A stretch of 64,000 bases of DNA. Source: an uncultured Candidatus Saccharibacteria bacterium (GTDB lineage: Bacteria > Patescibacteriota > Minisyncoccia > Phycocordibacterales > UBA1006). Positions within the stretch are counted from its first letter, which is position 1. Each line of letters starts with the position of its first letter. The translations under genes were made by a program, and so were the position numbers. Below, in pieces: positions 58,783 to 64,000 of the stretch. The stretch covers positions 2,186-66,185 of the forward strand of contig CAZQDL010000003.1 of NCBI GenBank assembly GCA_964592365.1, given 5' to 3'. Under the pieces are notes generated by a model. That model was given only the letters and a program-made list of their open reading frames with translations, was not told where the DNA came from and did not search any database.

Positions 58783-59916
58783 ATGAAAGTTGTATTTACT
58801 GGAGGAGGAACTGGAGGTCATTTCTATCCTATTATCGCAGTTGCTGAACAATTAAACGACATAATTGATAAGGAAAACATTGCTGATGTTGAGCTTTATT
58901 ATTTTGCCGACAAACCTTTTGACCCTGAACTTTTGAAAGAAAATAGTTTGAAGTTCGTGAAAATACGAGCAGGGAAGTTACGCACATATTTTTCAATGGA
59001 AAATATTGCCGATGCAATATCAACAGGTATTGGAATTATTGAAGCATTCTTTGCCTTATTCTCAATCTTTCCTGATGTTATCTTTTCAAAAGGTGGCTAT
59101 GTTGCTTTTCCAACGATGGTTGCAGCAAAGATATTAAAAATTCCTGTAATTATTCATGAATCTGATTCAGTGCCAGGAAGAGTTAATATTTGGTCGTCCA
59201 AGTTTGCAAAAAGAATTGCTATCTCATACAAGCAAGATGTTGATTATTTTGATGCAAAGAAGGTAGTGCATACAGGGCAACCTATTCGAGCTGATTTTGA
59301 GAGCAAAATTACTGAAGGAGCTCATTCTTTTCTTGAGCTGTCTCCTGATATTCCAACCATTTGGATTCTAGGAGGTTCACAAGGTTCACAAACGATTAAC
59401 AGTGTTGTAAGTAGCACCTTAAAACAGCTACTACCTAAGTATCAAATCATTCATCAAACGGGTGAAAATAATTACGATACTATCAAACTGTTAACTGAAG
59501 CTACTTTAGAGGATGAATTGTACAAGAATAGGTATAAGATATATCCTCACTTAAATTATCTTTCAATGAAAATGGCCGCTGGAGTTTCTGATATTGTTAT
59601 CTCACGAGCAGGATCAACTATCTTTGAAATTGCCAACTGGAGAATCCCTTCGATTATCATTCCATTAGGTTCAGCACATAAAAATCATCAGTTGAAAAAT
59701 GCATACAATTACTCAAGAGAGGGTGCTTGTACGGTTATCGAAGAAAATAATCTTTCTGATGATCAATTGATATTCGAAATTAATAGAATATATGACAATC
59801 AAGAGGTAAAGGAAAAAATGATTGCTGGAGCTATTGCTTTTGATATCCCTGATGCTGCAAAAAAAATTGCAGAAGAGATTGCGAGCATTGGACTTACCCA
59901 CGAAGAAGAGTACTAA
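58783..59916 (+). CDS. murG: Lipid II synthase MurG
   Basis: GGGTGGHFYP, KGGYVA.P, HESD..PG, GGSQG, SRAG, HQ..NA. Confidence 0.95.
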   Translation: MKVVFTGGGTGGHFYPIIAVAEQLNDIIDKENIADVELYYFADKPFDPELLKENSLKFVKIRAGKLRTYFSMENIADAISTGIGIIEAFFALFSIFPDVIFSKGGYVAFPTMVAAKILKIPVIIHESDSVPGRVNIWSSKFAKRIAISYKQDVDYFDAKKVVHTGQPIRADFESKITEGAHSFLELSPDIPTIWILGGSQGSQTINSVVSSTLKQLLPKYQIIHQTGENNYDTIKLLTEATLEDELYKNRYKIYPHLNYLSMKMAAGVSDIVISRAGSTIFEIANWRIPSIIIPLGSAHKNHQLKNAYNYSREGACTVIEENNLSDDQLIFEINRIYDNQEVKEKMIAGAIAFDIPDAAKKIAEEIASIGLTHEEEY

Positions 59917-59961
59917 AAGATTGCTATGGTATGCAGTCTTTTTTTTTGCTACACTTTTCGC

Positions 59962-61290
59962 ATGAATAACTCAATGATAACAACAAGGATGGCTCCTTCA
60001 CCAACAGGTAATTTTCACATTGGTGGAGTAAGAACAGCTCTCTTCAATTACTTTTATGCAAAACAGCATGGAGGTACTTTTATTATTAGAAGTGAAGACA
60101 CTGACAAGGAGCGTTCTAAACCAGAATATGAGCAAAATATGCTTGATGTTCTTAAGTGGTTAGAGATTGATTTTGATGCCTTCTATCGCCAATCTGAACG
60201 TACCGAAATATATCAAGATCACATTAAAATACTTATTGATTCTGGAAATGCATATGAAGCGGAAGAATCTAATGAAAATCCTGAATTAAAGGTGATTAGA
60301 TTTAAAAACCCAAATACCATCATCACCTTCAACGATATAATTTTAGGAGATATTAGTTTTGATACTACTGAACTTGGTGATTTTGTTATTGCACGAAATA
60401 TCACTACTCCTATTTATCACCTAACTGTTGTTGTTGATGATGCTTTGATGAACGTAAGTCATGTTATTAGAGGTCAGGAACATATTAACAACACAGCTAG
60501 ACAGATATTGATTCTTGAGGCTATGGGATTCACAAGACCAAACTATGCACATATTCCACTTATCATGTCACCTCGTGGAGGAAAACTATCTAAACGTGAT
60601 CCTGAAGTTATTCCTACCTTAGAGTACAAGGATCAAGGAATTCTGAAAGATGCATTCATTAATTTTCTTTCATATATCGGATGGAATCCAGGTGATGATG
60701 TAGAAATTATGAAACCAGAAGAAATCCTCAAAGCATTTAGTTTGGATAAGGTACAAAAAAGTGGAGGGGTATTCAATATTGAAAAACTATATTGGATGAA
60801 CAAACAATACTTGAATATGCTTTCTGATGAAGAGTTTGTTAACTATCTTGAACCGGTTAAGGAAGATATAGAACAACTTAAGGGATATAATACAGAAATA
60901 TTTTCAAGAGTTACCCCTGTGATAAGAGAGCGTATTGAAGCATATAAAGATATTCACGAAATGATTAAACAAGGTGACCTTGAATACTATTTCAATACTC
61001 CACTCATTCAAAATGAATCGCTCGTATGGAAACAAGAGAGTCTTGAAGATGCAATGAGACATCTCAAAAAGGTTCACCATGATTTAGATTCTTTTGAGGG
61101 TACCTGGGACAAAGAAACACTCAAAGAGCTATTGTTCCCATATGCTGAAGAACAGGGAAAGGGGAGCGTTTTATGGCCTCTGAGATACACACTGTGTGGG
61201 AAAGAGAAGTCACCTGATCCATTTACTCTTCTTGAAATACTAGGAAAGGAAGAATCATTGCAAAGAATACTTAAGGTAATACAGAAGTAG
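59962..61290 (+). CDS. gltX: Glutamate--tRNA ligase
   Basis: RMAPSPTG..HIGG, EDTD.ERS, VVVDD, IRG.EH, KLSKR. Confidence 0.96.
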   Translation: MNNSMITTRMAPSPTGNFHIGGVRTALFNYFYAKQHGGTFIIRSEDTDKERSKPEYEQNMLDVLKWLEIDFDAFYRQSERTEIYQDHIKILIDSGNAYEAEESNENPELKVIRFKNPNTIITFNDIILGDISFDTTELGDFVIARNITTPIYHLTVVVDDALMNVSHVIRGQEHINNTARQILILEAMGFTRPNYAHIPLIMSPRGGKLSKRDPEVIPTLEYKDQGILKDAFINFLSYIGWNPGDDVEIMKPEEILKAFSLDKVQKSGGVFNIEKLYWMNKQYLNMLSDEEFVNYLEPVKEDIEQLKGYNTEIFSRVTPVIRERIEAYKDIHEMIKQGDLEYYFNTPLIQNESLVWKQESLEDAMRHLKKVHHDLDSFEGTWDKETLKELLFPYAEEQGKGSVLWPLRYTLCGKEKSPDPFTLLEILGKEESLQRILKVIQK

Positions 61291-61335
61291 TAGTCAATTT
61301 GATATAACAGTACACACAGTGATACAATAGCGAAG

Positions 61336-62661
61336 ATGAAACATCTTCGCTATTTTGTAATATTATCTTTCCTTTTGGTAACCCCAGTATTTGCTCAGCA
61401 AACTGAAATTTCTCAAATCGAACAACGAATTGAAGAACGAAATCAAGAAAAAAAGAAACTTGAGGCGCAGGCACTTGAACTCAGAAGACAGCTTGAAAAT
61501 GTTGGAAATGAAAAAAGTTTAGTATCCAAGGAACTTTCTCAAATTGCAGCAGAAAGAAAATCACTTGAAAATGAAATAGCTCAGACACAGAATGAGATTG
61601 AAAAGATAAAGCTTGAAGCAAAGAGATCTGAATCATTGATTCGTACTTACTCACAAAAAATTAGTAATAATACGTCAACATTAGGAGCATTGATTCGTTC
61701 TTTTGCATCTTCTAATTTGCAATCAGATTTTGAACTTTTTCTTTCATCACAAAAGCTGTCTGACATCCTAATGAAAAGAGATGCATATATTCGTCTACAA
61801 CGACCAATCATTGAGACAACATCTGAACTTGAGTTCAATAGAGTTCTTGCATATGAGTCAACACAGCAACTACGTTCACAAGAGGAAAATTTAGCAGTTG
61901 AGCAGAATATTTTAGGTGATCAAAAAGAGATTGTTGTGGTAAAGGAAATAGAGAAAGATCAAATACTTAATCAGGTTAAAAACAAAGAACAGGGAGTTCA
62001 AACAACACTACAAAAGACACTTCAAATGATCAGTCAACTTGATCAAGAAGTTAGAAATTTTGAATCAACTATTTCTTTTTTACTTGATTCATCAAAACTT
62101 CCAAAGAAAGGTTCTTCTGTTCTACGATGGCCTCTTGATTATGTACTCATCACTCAGCGTTTTGGAAAAACAGTTTCTTCAGAACGTTTGTATGTTTCAG
62201 GATCACACAGCGGTATGGACTTCAGAGCATCTGTTGGTACTCCTGTGTATGCAACTGCAGCTGGAATAGTACGAGGAGTTGGAGACACTGATCTTACTTG
62301 TCCTAAGGCATCTTTTGGAAAATGGGTATTCATCGAACACAAAGGTATTGGACTTTCAAGTACGTCAGGCCATCTTTCGAAGATTGTAGCGGTTGAAGGT
62401 CAAAAGGTTAAAGCTGGTGATGTTATCGGATACACTGGAAATACTGGTCGAAGTACAGCACCACATCTTCACCTAACAATTTATGCAACATCAGGTGTTA
62501 ACGGGGAAGAAGGGGTTCGTATTACAGACAGACCAAGTGCTGCTTGTTCTGGTAAAAGTTACCGTATGCCACTTGCACCTACCGCAGCATACCTTGATCC
62601 AATTGACTACCTACCACCTGCAACAGCATCAATGTTCAAACATCCATCACTTGCAAGCTAG
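61336..62661 (+). CDS. Secreted coiled-coil M23 peptidase (EnvC/CwlO-like architecture)
   Basis: Signal peptide, long coiled coil, HSGMD (HxxxD), PHLH. Confidence 0.9.
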   Translation: MKHLRYFVILSFLLVTPVFAQQTEISQIEQRIEERNQEKKKLEAQALELRRQLENVGNEKSLVSKELSQIAAERKSLENEIAQTQNEIEKIKLEAKRSESLIRTYSQKISNNTSTLGALIRSFASSNLQSDFELFLSSQKLSDILMKRDAYIRLQRPIIETTSELEFNRVLAYESTQQLRSQEENLAVEQNILGDQKEIVVVKEIEKDQILNQVKNKEQGVQTTLQKTLQMISQLDQEVRNFESTISFLLDSSKLPKKGSSVLRWPLDYVLITQRFGKTVSSERLYVSGSHSGMDFRASVGTPVYATAAGIVRGVGDTDLTCPKASFGKWVFIEHKGIGLSSTSGHLSKIVAVEGQKVKAGDVIGYTGNTGRSTAPHLHLTIYATSGVNGEEGVRITDRPSAACSGKSYRMPLAPTAAYLDPIDYLPPATASMFKHPSLAS

Positions 62662-62685
62662 TGTATTTCAAGTGATACTATACAT

Positions 62686-63042
62686 ATGAAATATATCCGA
62701 AAACAAGCTGGATTTATCAAGTGGATTATTATTGGTTTTGTTGTTTTAGTACTCGTGTCATATTTTTACGATTTTAGTGTGAAAGAGGCAGTTGAAGACG
62801 AAACAACACAGGAAAACATTGAATACATCACATCAAACGCAGAAAGTTTTTGGGATAAAAATCTTAATGATGCAGCCATCTATCTTTGGAATGATGTATT
62901 TGTTGATCTTATCTGGGGAAGTTTCATTGCAAATATGGAACGAATCAAAGATGGACAACCTACTGACTTTGAAAACAATGCTCCAGGTGTTTCATCAACA
63001 GGGAACATAACAAACCCACCTATTGGAAAAACAGAAGTATAA
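62686..63042 (+). CDS. Hypothetical protein with pilin-like N-terminus
   Basis: RKQAG|FIKWIIIGFVVLVLV; terminator follows at about 63029-63054. Confidence 0.6.
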   Translation: MKYIRKQAGFIKWIIIGFVVLVLVSYFYDFSVKEAVEDETTQENIEYITSNAESFWDKNLNDAAIYLWNDVFVDLIWGSFIANMERIKDGQPTDFENNAPGVSSTGNITNPPIGKTEV

Positions 63043-63119
63043 CTTCTGTTTTTTCTTTTCAGGTTGATAAAAAGAAAGTAGTATAGGTAAAAACAATAAT
63101 CTTTTTAAAACTACATAAT

Positions 63120-64000
63120 ATGATACAAAAACCTAAGTTTCAAAGAAGAAACATGAAAGAAAAGGTTTTTTGGGAATCTATAGACATGATTGTTAATAGG
63201 TATTTCAAAAAACGAAAGAAAGTAGGAGGCGTATGGATTAAAATCAAAGCCTTCATTTTATTATTATTTATATCAACTCTTTATTTATCAATTGTCAATT
63301 ACGGAGAGGCAATGGGATTCAGTGTTATTTTCCTTTATTTTTTTCTTGGAATATTTCTTACTTCCTACAGCATGAACGTTATGCACGAGGGAAGTCATAG
63401 AACCTTTTCAAGTAACAAGTGGTTGAATAAACTAGCTGCTTCATCAAATATATTTATCGTAGGAGGTAATCCAAAAAATTGGGATGTTGAACATAACATG
63501 TTACATCACCCCTTCACCAATATTGTTGGTGTAGACGATGATATATCGTCTGGAAATGCGGTACTTAGATTCACTAAGTACATTGAGATGAAGTTTTTGC
63601 ATCGATTCCAAAAGTATCCGGTATATATTTTTATGATATATAGTTTGCTTACACTAAATTGGTTTTTCGCAACTGATATTGTGCAAACAAAAAGATATCT
63701 GGCGTATCAGAAAACTGGTTTAATTAGAGGATATTATACAAATAAATATACAGCGGGGAGCTTAGTTATTTTGTATAAATTAATAGCACTTACAATTTGG
63801 ATTGCTATTCCTATTTTGGTTGGTATACCAGTTAAGATAACAATTGTTTCTTTCTTTTTTATGCATTTAGTTATGGGAACTATTTTGGCCCATATATTTC
63901 AACCAGCTCATATTAATGAGTATGCGTTGGAATTTAAAAATAGTTCTGATTTAAGTACTAAAATGCATCAACTAAGAACAAGCATCGATTATGGTATAAA
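63120..64000 (+). CDS. Membrane acyl-CoA fatty-acid desaturase, partial (runs off window; not in ORF track)
   Basis: From ATG 63120: MIQKPKFQRR..., His box 1 NVMHEGSH, His box 2 WDVEHNMLHHPFTNI.G.D.DI, later FQPAH; TM segments. Confidence 0.85.
   Translation, partial: MIQKPKFQRRNMKEKVFWESIDMIVNRYFKKRKKVGGVWIKIKAFILLLFISTLYLSIVNYGEAMGFSVIFLYFFLGIFLTSYSMNVMHEGSHRTFSSNKWLNKLAASSNIFIVGGNPKNWDVEHNMLHHPFTNIVGVDDDISSGNAVLRFTKYIEMKFLHRFQKYPVYIFMIYSLLTLNWFFATDIVQTKRYLAYQKTGLIRGYYTNKYTAGSLVILYKLIALTIWIAIPILVGIPVKITIVSFFFMHLVMGTILAHIFQPAHINEYALEFKNSSDLSTKMHQLRTSIDYGI

Noticed and set aside
1-64000. Genetic code 25 (UGA = Gly)
   Set aside because: Conserved genes are full length under code 11 with no internal TGA, and an SPF-type RF2 is present.

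Overview
AT-rich, gene-dense bacterial chromosome segment read in standard code 11. The gene set and trimmed proteins (short AspRS, ValRS, UvrC, RF2 and HolB, half-GlmU, degenerate PriA, HTH-MurA, pilins, no biosynthetic operons) point by inference to Patescibacteria/CPR, probably Parcubacteria. It is mostly housekeeping: five aminoacyl-tRNA synthetases, lepA, frr, prfB, tsaD, scattered peptidoglycan and division genes (murA/C/D/E/F/G/I/J, mraY, ftsA/Z/W/E/X, mreB), scpAB, redox genes and four tRNAs (Arg-CCT, Phe-GAA, Glu-TTC, Ala-TGC). No integrase, transposase, CRISPR array or rRNA is visible. Best leads: (1) a roughly 100-nt T-box riboswitch before aspS with an ultrashort Stem I, an Asp GAC specifier in a terminal loop and no Stem II; (2) a naturally circularly permuted DsbA-family oxidoreductase; (3) three ORF-less promoter-structure-terminator units around tRNA-Arg that may be novel small RNAs; (4) a -10 box 6-10 nt before most start codons, suggesting leaderless expression; (5) a shortened RF2 with near-absence of TGA stops; (6) Bacteroidota-like murE, murF, GH3 and fatty-acid desaturase genes. 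All calls come from reading motifs by eye; no searches were run.
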